Virus record (IMG/VR): IMGVR_UViG_3300029668_000007
DNA from: a virus
DNA: 38,453 nucleotides
Direction: 5' to 3' (one strand)
Position numbers and translations under genes: made by a program. Positions 1 to 7,050 of this stretch are shown piece by piece; the first letter of the stretch is position 1; the number at the start of each line of letters is the position of its first letter. Under the pieces are notes generated by a model. It saw only the letters and a program-made list of their open reading frames with translations. It was not told the DNA's origin and searched no databases.

Positions 1-99
1 AGAAAATCGAAATTTCTTAAACTTTTTTTGAATCGAGGAGCCGGTTGATCTCCGACAGCCGCTCATATAACCTGCGTTTTTCCGCCACCAGCGCCGCCC
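1..99. repeat. Terminal exact direct repeat, copy 1 (identical to 38355-38453)
   Basis: A base-by-base comparison shows 99/99 identity with the window end. It contains the 3' end of CDS 17-664 and the UP-like tract of promoter P3. Confidence 0.95.
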
Positions 100-664
100 G
101 GTCGAGTTTCTGGAGATCATTCGCGGGCTCCGGATCCTGCCGGGACTCCTGGGGTTGCTCCGGCGACTGCTCACGCCGGTAGGTGATCTTGTACTCGTCA
201 GCGTTGCTGCGGATGAGCCGCTGGGCCTTTTTGAGGGGGACGCGGTACAGCTCCACAACGCATCCAGCCGGGATGATGGTCATCCAGTTCATGTGGCTGC
301 CACCGCTCCGGGGCTGACCACAGGTAAAGGCCACGCCGGGGCCGATCATCGCACCGCTGTCGCGCCCTGTGGCTTTGGCTATCGTCAGGCCGCTAAGGGA
401 GATCGCTCCCCGAACGGCGGAGACGTTGTGGAGGTATTCCACGACCACTGTCGCCGTTTCTTCCGCCGGGGCCACGTCCGTCTCGCCGTAGATATCCATC
501 AGGAGCTTTCGCGCCGCCGGAAGCGCCTCCGACGGGATCACCCAGCGCCGGGAACCCGAGTCCCACCTGCCGCCCATGAGGCGGATCCGGCGGACGAACA
601 CGGAGCTGTAGGGGGTGGTGATGTAGGCCTTGCCGTCTATGGTCTCAATGGAGATCGCGCTCAT
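17..664 (-). CDS. Hypothetical early protein (215 aa) with an N-terminal GGRWD...RRWVIP motif (DUF5710-like by recollection)
   Basis: The inner ATG at 664 abuts the stop of the upstream gene at 667, whereas the ORF-track start at 751 overlaps that gene. Amino-acid composition looks coding. This is the last gene of cassette P1. Confidence 0.65.
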   Translation of the reverse strand: MSAISIETIDGKAYITTPYSSVFVRRIRLMGGRWDSGSRRWVIPSEALPAARKLLMDIYGETDVAPAEETATVVVEYLHNVSAVRGAISLSGLTIAKATGRDSGAMIGPGVAFTCGQPRSGGSHMNWMTIIPAGCVVELYRVPLKKAQRLIRSNADEYKITYRREQSPEQPQESRQDPEPANDLQKLDRAALVAEKRRLYERLSEINRLLDSKKV

Positions 665-666
665 GC

Positions 667-885
667 TCAATGCCGTTCCTGCCGGATCTCGCCGGTCTCG
701 TCGATGACCAGCGTATAGCCGCGCTTGCCGTCGTGGTAGTCCTGCTTCCATCGGCCGTCGTAGTAGGGCGCGCCGTCAAAAACGATCTCGTCCGCCTCCT
801 CCATGGTGACGTTGCAGTACAGCCAGTCGTCTACCAGCTCGACCATATCCTCGGCGGTGGTGATCTCCTGCTCGTAGGTTTCCAT
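667..885 (-). CDS. Hypothetical small acidic early protein (72 aa)
   Basis: Start METYEQE at 885 is preceded by AGAAGGAGAAAUACA. The N-terminal extension in the ORF track is R/P/G-rich junk. Confidence 0.65.
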   Translation of the reverse strand: METYEQEITTAEDMVELVDDWLYCNVTMEEADEIVFDGAPYYDGRWKQDYHDGKRGYTLVIDETGEIRQERH

Positions 886-900
886 TGTATTTCTCCTTCT

Positions 901-922
901 GCCGGGCTTTGCCCCGCCCGGC
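901..922 (-). promoter_or_regulatory. Intercistronic GC stem-loop (7-bp stem GCCGGGC/GCCCGGC, 8-nt loop)
   Basis: A perfect inverted repeat lies between the stop of 939-1187 and the RBS of 667-885. There is no U-run, so this is more likely an mRNA structure than a terminator. Confidence 0.3.
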
Positions 923-938
923 GGGGGCGTTGATCGTC

Positions 939-1187
939 TTAGTCGTTGACCCATCCCCAGCGGTCGAACCACTTTTTGGGGGCCTCCACGTAGTAGCTGT
1001 ACTCGCCAGCGGCGTAGATGCGCTCCACCTGTACGTCGTCGGGCTCACACACATCCGCCAGCGCGTCCAGCTCGGGGATCAGGGTCTCGGTGGTCACGTG
1101 TACGCCGTGGCCTTCGTCCGTGATGGGGTTCCGGCTGATCTCCATACCGTACTTTTTGGCGATCTCTTTCAGTTCGTTAATGCTCAT
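939..1187 (-). CDS. Hypothetical small acidic early protein (82 aa), first gene of cassette P1
   Basis: Start MSINELK at 1187 lies 8-9 nt after GGGAGA in the conserved leader. The upstream in-frame ATG (the MGDRTM start in the ORF track) has no SD. Confidence 0.65.
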   Translation of the reverse strand: MSINELKEIAKKYGMEISRNPITDEGHGVHVTTETLIPELDALADVCEPDDVQVERIYAAGEYSYYVEAPKKWFDRWGWVND

Positions 1188-1188
1188 T

Positions 1189-1310
1189 GTCCTATCTCCC
1201 ATGCCCGGCGGCTTATCCCGCCCGCGGCCCTTCCTTGATTACGTACTTATTATATATCAAAAATGATAAATAGTCAAGGAAAAATTCAAAATTTCTGAAA
1301 GTTTTTTGAG
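1189..1310 (-). repeat. Promoter-operator-leader cassette, copy 1 (approximate outer limits)
   Basis: It aligns with 2083-2200 and 38262-38400. The 55-nt leader is identical to copy 2. Confidence 0.9.
1249..1277 (-). promoter_or_regulatory. Promoter P1: TTGACT (1277-1272), 17-nt spacer, TATAAT (1254-1249); palindrome TATCA-AAAA-TGATA at 1255-1268 fills the spacer
   Basis: Hexamers and spacing were read directly on the minus strand. An A/T-rich UP-like tract lies upstream at 1278-1310. Confidence 0.8.
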
Positions 1311-1319
1311 TTCTCTTTC

Positions 1320-1349
1320 CCCGTACCCCGTCAATTCTCGGGGTACGGG
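1320..1349 (-). terminator. Perfect 11-bp stem-loop (CCCGTACCCCG / CGGGGTACGGG) spanning the stop codon of 1331-1744
   Basis: The inverted repeat was read directly and the stop codon lies in the 8-nt loop. No adjacent U-run follows on the minus strand, so it is at best a weak terminator or an mRNA 3' stabiliser between cassettes P2 and P1. Confidence 0.3.
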
Positions 1350-1744
1350 CTGTCCATCTGGAGGGGCTCGTCCGGGTGATAGCTGCGCCACGAGTCGTAG
1401 ATATCCAGCGCGCCGATCCTCATCCCGCCGATCATCACCGCGCCCATATCGCCGATCAGGGCCTCACAGATGGCCGTGGCCTGTTCCACGGTCAAGCTGT
1501 CGAAAAATATCCGCCGGGCTTCCCGCTCCATCACGTAGAGCGCGTCGGCCACCAGATACTCCCACTCGTCGGGGCCGTCGTCCACCCGCTGGCCCGCCGT
1601 AAAGATGTTAAAGGATTCGCCGTCGTCCCAGATCTTGGCGATCCGGGGAAGGTATTCCTTCACCCGCTCGTCGTTGAGGGTGTAGACGTAGAGTTCTCCG
1701 TTCCGGGCCTTGATGGATTCCACCAGTTTTTCCAAAGTCGTCAT
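1331..1744 (-). CDS. Hypothetical acidic early protein (137 aa)
   Basis: ATG at 1744 is preceded by CAAGGAGGAAAGAUU. Composition is coding-like and D/E-rich. This is the second gene of cassette P2. Confidence 0.7.
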   Translation of the reverse strand: MTTLEKLVESIKARNGELYVYTLNDERVKEYLPRIAKIWDDGESFNIFTAGQRVDDGPDEWEYLVADALYVMEREARRIFFDSLTVEQATAICEALIGDMGAVMIGGMRIGALDIYDSWRSYHPDEPLQMDSPYPEN

Positions 1745-1763
1745 AATCTTTCCTCCTTGCGTG

Positions 1764-2081
1764 TTATCGGTCTAAGAGTTTCTGCTGATAGTCGCTTTCG
1801 GCGACATTGATCTTGAGTGCGGTCATCACGCTGCCGACCCGGCTCTGCATGGTCGCGTCGGCCCGGACGAGCTGGAAACAGTCGATGATATCACCGGCGT
1901 AGGGGGCGTTCACAAGCGCCTCCCGGACGCGGGTCAGCTTGGCGATCAGCGCGTCCACCTTTTCAGCGGGGACGACCTTCCGGGACTCTTTGTCGGAGTA
2001 GTCGATCATGTAGTCGATGGTCTCCAAGGTGGTCTTCTGGATCTCTTCCGCCCACTTGATCTGCTTCTCAGTGCCTCGCAT
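1764..2081 (-). CDS. Hypothetical early protein (105 aa), first gene of cassette P2
   Basis: Start MRGTEKQIKWAEEI at 2081 follows the conserved leader and SD (GGGAGAUAGGACG). Confidence 0.65.
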   Translation of the reverse strand: MRGTEKQIKWAEEIQKTTLETIDYMIDYSDKESRKVVPAEKVDALIAKLTRVREALVNAPYAGDIIDCFQLVRADATMQSRVGSVMTALKINVAESDYQQKLLDR

Positions 2082-2082
2082 C

Positions 2083-2200
2083 GTCCTATCTCCCATGCCC
2101 GGCGGCTTATCCCGCCCGCGGCCCTTCCTTGATTACGGTATTATTATATATCATAAATGATAAATAGTCAAGAGGAAATTTCAATTTTTGCCTGTTTTTT
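2083..2200 (-). repeat. Promoter-operator-leader cassette, copy 2 (approximate outer limits)
   Basis: It aligns with copy 1. Over the first ~92 nt the only differences are a 3-nt patch and one operator-spacer base. Confidence 0.9.
2143..2171 (-). promoter_or_regulatory. Promoter P2: TTGACT (2171-2166), 17-nt spacer, TATAAT (2148-2143); palindrome TATCA-TAAA-TGATA at 2149-2162
   Basis: Read directly. The architecture matches P1. Confidence 0.8.
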
Positions 2201-2300
2201 TCTGGATTTTTGTACCAAAAATGCTGAAAATTTGCCCCTTCCTTTCATGGCGCTCTCTCCCCTTCTGTGGGAAGATATCCCCAGAAGGGAGCGTGAAAAC

Positions 2301-2723
2301 ATGGCGAATTTCCCACCCTACCAAATGCCACAGACATACCAGCCGCCCATGTATCAGGCGGCGTATCAACAGACCGCCTATCAGCCAGCCCAACAGGCCC
2401 AGAGCGGCCTCAGCGGGCGCATGGTCACCAGCCGGGAGGAGGCGCTGGGCGTGCCGGTGGATTTCATGGGCGGATTGATGATCTTCCCGGACGTGAGCCA
2501 CGGCGCGATCTACACCAAGCTGTTTAACAGCCAGACGGGCCAGACCGATTTTGCGGAGTACCGACGGGTCGCCCGGCCCGAGCCCAAAACAGAGGCCCCG
2601 GAGGCCTACGCGCTGGAAAGCGACGTACAGGCCCTGCGGGATCAGGTGGCGGAGCTGACGGGCCAGATCGACGCACTCAAGACGCGTCGCCGCGCACAGA
2701 AGGAGGCGGCGGCGGATGAATAA
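2301..2723 (+). CDS. Hypothetical protein (140 aa): Q/Y/P-rich N-terminus, globular core, C-terminal coiled coil
   Basis: ATG at 2301 follows GGGAG by about 10 nt. The N-terminus reads MANFPPYQMPQTYQPPMYQAAYQQTAYQPAQQAQ and the C-terminus has heptad-like ALRDQVAELTGQIDALK. Confidence 0.65.
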   Translation: MANFPPYQMPQTYQPPMYQAAYQQTAYQPAQQAQSGLSGRMVTSREEALGVPVDFMGGLMIFPDVSHGAIYTKLFNSQTGQTDFAEYRRVARPEPKTEAPEAYALESDVQALRDQVAELTGQIDALKTRRRAQKEAAADE

Positions 2724-2937
2724 CCCCCTCATGATGCTTTTGCAGGCCGCACAGGGCGGCGGCGATCCCATCCAGATCCTCAGCCAGCTGGCCGGGAATG
2801 ACCCCATGATGGCTCAAGCCCTCAAAATGGTACAGGGTAAGACTCCCGACCAGCTGCGCCGGATGGCGGAGAACATGGCCCGGGAGCGGGGAACAAGCCC
2901 GGAGGCGATCCTCCGGGGGCTGGGTATCAGATCATGA
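2716..2937 (+). CDS. Hypothetical small helical protein (73 aa)
   Basis: AGGAGG lies 9 nt upstream of ATG 2716. The start overlaps the preceding stop by 8 nt, suggesting translational coupling. Confidence 0.65.
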   Translation: MNNPLMMLLQAAQGGGDPIQILSQLAGNDPMMAQALKMVQGKTPDQLRRMAENMARERGTSPEAILRGLGIRS

Positions 2938-2995
2938 AGCACCCGCGGGAGCGCGCGGCCCGCGCTGCGAATATAAGATAAGGAGCGATAACACT

Positions 2996-3766
2996 ATGGC
3001 GGATAATGATTTTTCCAGCGGCTACGCGGTAGGCGTAAGCGAGGGCCGAAACAACTCCAACGGGATGTTCGGCGATGGAAACTGGCTTTGGATCATCGTG
3101 GTCTTTGCCCTGCTGTTCGGCTGGGGTAACGGCGGCTTCGGCGGTAACCGGGGCGGACAGGGCTCGGCGGTGGACGGCTACGTCCTCACCAGCGACTTTG
3201 CCAACATCGAGCGTAAGATCGACGGAGTCAATAACGGACTCTGCGACGGCCTGTATGCTCAGGCCCAGCTGGTAAACGGTGTTCAGCAGAGCATGGCCAA
3301 CGGCTTTGCTCAGGCGGAGCTTTCCCGTTCCAACCAGCAGGCGGCCCTCATGCACCAGCTCTACACCATGGGCGCGGCCAATCAGCAGTGCTGCTGCGAG
3401 ACCCAGCGCCAGATGGAGCGGGGCTTTGCGGACGTGAACTACAACATGGCCACTCAGGCGTGCGATACCCGTAACACCGTCCAGACGGCGGCGCGCGACA
3501 TCATCGACGCGCAGAACGCCGGTACCCGCGCCGTGCTTGATTTCCTGACGCAGGACAAGCTGGCGACCCTGCAGGCCGAGAACCAGTCTCTCAAGCTGGC
3601 GGCCAGTCAGGCCACCCAGAACAACTATCTGGCGGGCGTGATGAGTCAGGAGACCAATCGGATCATCGACCGGGTGGCCCCCTACCCCGTCCCTGCCTAT
3701 CAGGTAGCCAATCCTCTGGCCGGTTGCGGCTGTAACTCGGGCTATAACGGCTGCGGCTGCTGCTGA
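2996..3766 (+). CDS. Membrane-anchored Gly/Gln-rich protein with a Cys-rich C-terminus (256 aa)
   Basis: AGGAG lies 10 nt upstream. There is one TM segment (WLWIIVVFALLFGW) flanked by G-rich tracts, a CCC triplet mid-protein, and a C-terminal GCGCNSGYNGCGCC. Confidence 0.7.
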   Translation: MADNDFSSGYAVGVSEGRNNSNGMFGDGNWLWIIVVFALLFGWGNGGFGGNRGGQGSAVDGYVLTSDFANIERKIDGVNNGLCDGLYAQAQLVNGVQQSMANGFAQAELSRSNQQAALMHQLYTMGAANQQCCCETQRQMERGFADVNYNMATQACDTRNTVQTAARDIIDAQNAGTRAVLDFLTQDKLATLQAENQSLKLAASQATQNNYLAGVMSQETNRIIDRVAPYPVPAYQVANPLAGCGCNSGYNGCGCC

Positions 3767-3787
3767 TCCCCGTAAGGGTGACAATTC

Positions 3788-3809
3788 GGGGCGGGAGTCA
3801 TCCCGCCCC
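3788..3809 (+). terminator. GC stem-loop (GGGGCGGGA-GTCA-TCCCGCCCC) after 2996-3766
   Basis: It is a perfect 9-bp stem. No U-run follows, so it is a possible attenuator or mRNA stabiliser inside the cargo operon. Confidence 0.3.
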
Positions 3810-3828
3810 TGAGAAAGGAATGAACATC

Positions 3829-4236
3829 ATGGCCTGTAAAACTGTTTGTCGGCTCTGCGACCGGCTGGTGATCTCTCAGGCGGTCACCTTCGCGGGCGGA
3901 AACCTGATTATCAACCTCCCGGCGGGGAACTATCAAAACGGCCAGAAGTACTGCATCGTCGTGGCTCAGTCCATCCCGGATACCGCCACCATCAACGCGC
4001 CCGTGGTCGTCACCATCGGCACGGGGACGGCCCAGTACCCGCTGACCAAGGGTAACTGCGCACAGGTCACGGCCTGCGGCATCCGCACGCGCACCAAGTA
4101 CTCCGCCGTCGTCGTCACCACGGCCACCGGCGGGACGTTCCGCTTGCTGGGCCGCCCGGCTTGCGCGCCGAACAACGCCCTTGAGTCCATCAATGGGACG
4201 GATCCCGCCACTGAGGCAGGAGGTGGCACGACGTGA
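3829..4236 (+). CDS. Hypothetical Cys-containing beta-rich protein (135 aa)
   Basis: ATG 3829 (MACKTVCRLC) lies 9 nt after AGGA. The alternative ATG at 3820 abuts the SD. Composition is T/V/A/G-rich. Confidence 0.6.
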   Translation: MACKTVCRLCDRLVISQAVTFAGGNLIINLPAGNYQNGQKYCIVVAQSIPDTATINAPVVVTIGTGTAQYPLTKGNCAQVTACGIRTRTKYSAVVVTTATGGTFRLLGRPACAPNNALESINGTDPATEAGGGTT

Positions 4237-4889
4237 ATGGTATCACCATGAGGATGCTCACCCGCCCCCGCGAGGAGGAACGCCGCCCGGAGGAGACTCG
4301 CAGACGGCGGGAGCGCGACTGGCCGGAAGAGCGGCGCACGGAGGCCTACGGCTACCCGATGGAGCGCCGCATGACGGCGGATCCCTATCGGCATCAGTCG
4401 GACTACACGGAGCCGCCACGGGCGGGTCTCTATGACGGAGGCCGCCTCGGATTCGGAGCCGCCCACTACGACGGCGGCATGACCCGCGCGGACGATCACA
4501 AGCCAACGGCTATCAAGGCCACCGGCACGGTCTGGATGGACTCCCCCACAGCGGAGGAGGAAGAAACCGGCGAGATCGACCAAGAGTCGGCCATGCGCTG
4601 GGTGCAGAGCATGGAGGGGACGGATCCCAACCATCCCCGCGGCGGGAAGTGGTCACCCGAAGCGCTGAAACCTCTGGCGCAAAAGGAGGGCTTCCCCACC
4701 GACGGCCCGGAGTTCTGGGCCTTCTACGCGGTGGCCAACGCCATGTACAGCGATTACGCCGCCACGGCCAAGCGCTACGGCATCCATAGCCCGGACTTCT
4801 ACGCCGACATGGCCGCCGACTTCATCCGCGACGCGGACGCACAGCCGGACAAGGTCGAGCGCTATCTGCGCTATATCGTCCGCAAATAA
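4233..4889 (+). CDS. Hypothetical protein (218 aa): R/E-rich N-terminus, conserved-looking C-terminal domain (motif NAMYSDY)
   Basis: GTG 4233 lies 9 nt after GGAGG and overlaps the previous stop (GTGA). Alternative ATGs are at 4248 and 4254. Confidence 0.6.
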   Translation: MNGITMRMLTRPREEERRPEETRRRRERDWPEERRTEAYGYPMERRMTADPYRHQSDYTEPPRAGLYDGGRLGFGAAHYDGGMTRADDHKPTAIKATGTVWMDSPTAEEEETGEIDQESAMRWVQSMEGTDPNHPRGGKWSPEALKPLAQKEGFPTDGPEFWAFYAVANAMYSDYAATAKRYGIHSPDFYADMAADFIRDADAQPDKVERYLRYIVRK

Positions 4890-4894
4890 CAAGA

Positions 4895-4924
4895 CCCCCT
4901 GCCACATCGGCAGGGGGAATTTTT
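4895..4924 (+). terminator. Intrinsic terminator closing the cargo cluster
   Basis: CCCCCTGCC-ACATC-GGCAGGGGG is followed by AATTTTT. It overlaps the stop codon of the convergent integrase gene. Confidence 0.75.
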
Positions 4925-6485
4925 ACGCCGCCAGTTGAAATATCGCGCATCCATGATATAATAGGAAAGTCATGCAAGACTCCGTTGCTCTGGTGCAAAG
5001 GTTCGGATTATGCCGGGCTTGGTGTACCACATCCACCAAACCCGAACCAGAAATCTCCTCCCCACGGCCCGCCAGATTGTAGGCCACGAGGACAGAGACC
5101 TTCTGGTTCGGGCTTTGTTGTACCACGATCTTATTCACCAGCATATCGATCACATTTCGCATATAATCCTCATCCTCCAGACATCCATCCGCAAAACAGG
5201 ATAGCCACCGCAGGATATCCACCTCTGTCAGCTCGGGCGCGCCGCGCTGCTCATCGGCCAGCTCGGCGGCGATGCTGGCTTTGCGCCCCTCCAGCTCGTT
5301 GATGCGACCCACCAGCGTGGCGGAGGTCGCGCCCTGCTCCACCATGCGCAGTAGGTTGTCCAGCGACCGCGTCACCTCGTCCAGCTGGCGGCGGAGGGAC
5401 ACGGCGGCGCTGTCGTCCTCGGCCTGACGCTGATATTCAGCTGCGGCGGCGTGGGCCAGTGCCTTGATGTTGTCCGGGCTGAGGAGCGTCCGGGCGTGCT
5501 CCACCACCAGCCGCTCCAAGTCGTCCTTGCGGAGGGTGGGCATCTTGCACCCGAGGCGGCGCTTGCGCCCGCTGCACGCGTAGTAGTAGTACCGCGTCCC
5601 GGAGTGATTGTGGCCGCTCTCCCCCGCCATGGGCTTGCCGCACGCGCCACAGTAGAGCTTCGTGCTCAGGAGGTAGTTGATCGTGGCCTTGGTGCGCCCG
5701 GGGGCCGTCGTGTTTTTTCGGAGCCGCTCCTGTACCCGCCGGAAGGTGCCGGGGTCGACGATGGGCGGGACTTGCCCCACCAGCTCCACCTCGCCATTAT
5801 AATGATAGGTGCCGATGTACTTCCTGTTGGACAGCAACGCGTTAAAGGAGGAGCGGTTGAACGCCTTCCCGGCCCGGGTGCGGTAGCCCTGCGCGTTCAG
5901 CTCGTCCGCGATCCGGGCGAGGCTCATGCCCTCGGCGTAGCGCTCAAAGGCCAGCCGGACGGCGGGCGCGGTGGCCGGGTCGATCTGTAGCCGCTTATCC
6001 ACGGACACATAGCCAAGCGGGATGGTGCCGCCGGTGGACAGGGCCTTGGTGGCGTTCTCGTGCATCCCGCGCGTCACGTCCTGCGCAAGCGATTTGCTAT
6101 AGAACTCGTCCAAACTCTCAAAAATGCCCTCGATCAGCGCGCCCTCCGGGTTGGCGCTGATGGGCTCGCACGCGCTGACCACCTTCACGCCATTCTGCCG
6201 GAGCCGGGCCTTGTAGACGGCGCTGTCGTACCGATTCCGGGCGAAGCGGCTGAACTTGTAGACGATGACCACCTCAAAGCCCCGGCGGCTGCTGTCGCGG
6301 ATCATCCGCTGGAAATCCTCCCGGCGCTCCACGTCCCGGCTGGCGGACAGGGCCCGGTCGGTGTACGTATCCACGACCTCGTAGCCCTCCCGGGCCGCGA
6401 ATTCCTGACAGACCCGGAGCTGCCCCTCGATACTGATCTCCTGCTGCTTCTCGCTGGAGTAGCGGGCGTAGATAACAGCTTTCAT
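4923..6485 (-). CDS. int: Large serine recombinase (integrase), 520 aa
   Basis: It has the N-terminal resolvase motif VIYARYSSEKQ, a recombinase domain, the Cys cluster CGACG...YYACSGRKRRLGC, and a coiled-coil region. Size is typical of large serine integrases. Confidence 0.9.
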   Translation of the reverse strand: MKAVIYARYSSEKQQEISIEGQLRVCQEFAAREGYEVVDTYTDRALSASRDVERREDFQRMIRDSSRRGFEVVIVYKFSRFARNRYDSAVYKARLRQNGVKVVSACEPISANPEGALIEGIFESLDEFYSKSLAQDVTRGMHENATKALSTGGTIPLGYVSVDKRLQIDPATAPAVRLAFERYAEGMSLARIADELNAQGYRTRAGKAFNRSSFNALLSNRKYIGTYHYNGEVELVGQVPPIVDPGTFRRVQERLRKNTTAPGRTKATINYLLSTKLYCGACGKPMAGESGHNHSGTRYYYYACSGRKRRLGCKMPTLRKDDLERLVVEHARTLLSPDNIKALAHAAAAEYQRQAEDDSAAVSLRRQLDEVTRSLDNLLRMVEQGATSATLVGRINELEGRKASIAAELADEQRGAPELTEVDILRWLSCFADGCLEDEDYMRNVIDMLVNKIVVQQSPNQKVSVLVAYNLAGRGEEISGSGLVDVVHQARHNPNLCTRATESCMTFLLYHGCAIFQLAA

Positions 6486-6489
6486 ACGC

Positions 6490-7050
6490 TCACCCTCTGA
6501 CCGGCGAGCCGATCGCCGCGTGGCCGTAGCGGATCAATCCACGATCCCCGCCGGTCACGTCCCAAGCAAACCATAGACAGATGACGACCAAGATCACAAG
6601 CAAGGCCAGCGCCACCACGCGCCAGACGCGCATTTGCTTTACTTCGGCGCGGAGGTGCTGCTCCCGCGCCTCGATCTCCGCGGCGTGGGCCTCTTTCAGG
6701 GTTTCCAGCGTGACGGCGGCGTTCCGTTCCATTACTTCCATTTCACGCCGGTGGGCGGCCTTCATGTCGGGGACGTACTCGCTGCCATAGCTGGGCTCGG
6801 GCTGGGGATCCTCCACTTCCTCCGGCGGAGGATCCAGTGGAATGCCCAGCGCCGAACAGATCGAGAAGACCCGGTCAAAGGCGGGAACCGTCGAAGTATT
6901 CAGGAAGTTGTCGATGGTGCCTTTCGAGTTTATGGTCAGATCAGCCAGTTTTTGGGAGGATATGCCCTGCCGGGCCATTTCCGCCCTGACATGCTCCCGG
7001 AGCGCGTCCATATCATACGGCTGCATAGGATCCTGTTCGATTTTGTCCAT
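6490..7050 (-). CDS. XRE-type HTH protein with a coiled coil and C-terminal TM anchor (186 aa)
   Basis: The HTH reads ISSQKLADLTINSKGTIDNFLN and the C-terminal hydrophobic segment is VVALALLVILVVICLWFAW. The stop lies 4 nt before the int start, so the two form an operon. Confidence 0.75.
   Translation of the reverse strand: MDKIEQDPMQPYDMDALREHVRAEMARQGISSQKLADLTINSKGTIDNFLNTSTVPAFDRVFSICSALGIPLDPPPEEVEDPQPEPSYGSEYVPDMKAAHRREMEVMERNAAVTLETLKEAHAAEIEAREQHLRAEVKQMRVWRVVALALLVILVVICLWFAWDVTGGDRGLIRYGHAAIGSPVRG

Noticed and set aside
1188-1202. An upstream in-frame ATG giving the MGDRTM N-terminal extension of the first genes of cassettes P1 and P2 (ORF-track starts at 1202 and 2096).
   Set aside because: That ATG lies inside the conserved leader and has no SD. 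The downstream ATG (1187 or 2081) lies 8-9 nt after GGGAGA. Copy 3 lacks the upstream ATG altogether.
4895-4917. The dyad CCCCCTGCC-N5-GGCAGGGGG considered as the attP core of the serine integrase.
   Set aside because: It is followed by a T-run and sits exactly at the end of a + strand operon, so a terminator explains it fully. Serine-integrase attP sites are imperfect dyads without such GC stems. attP remains unassigned.
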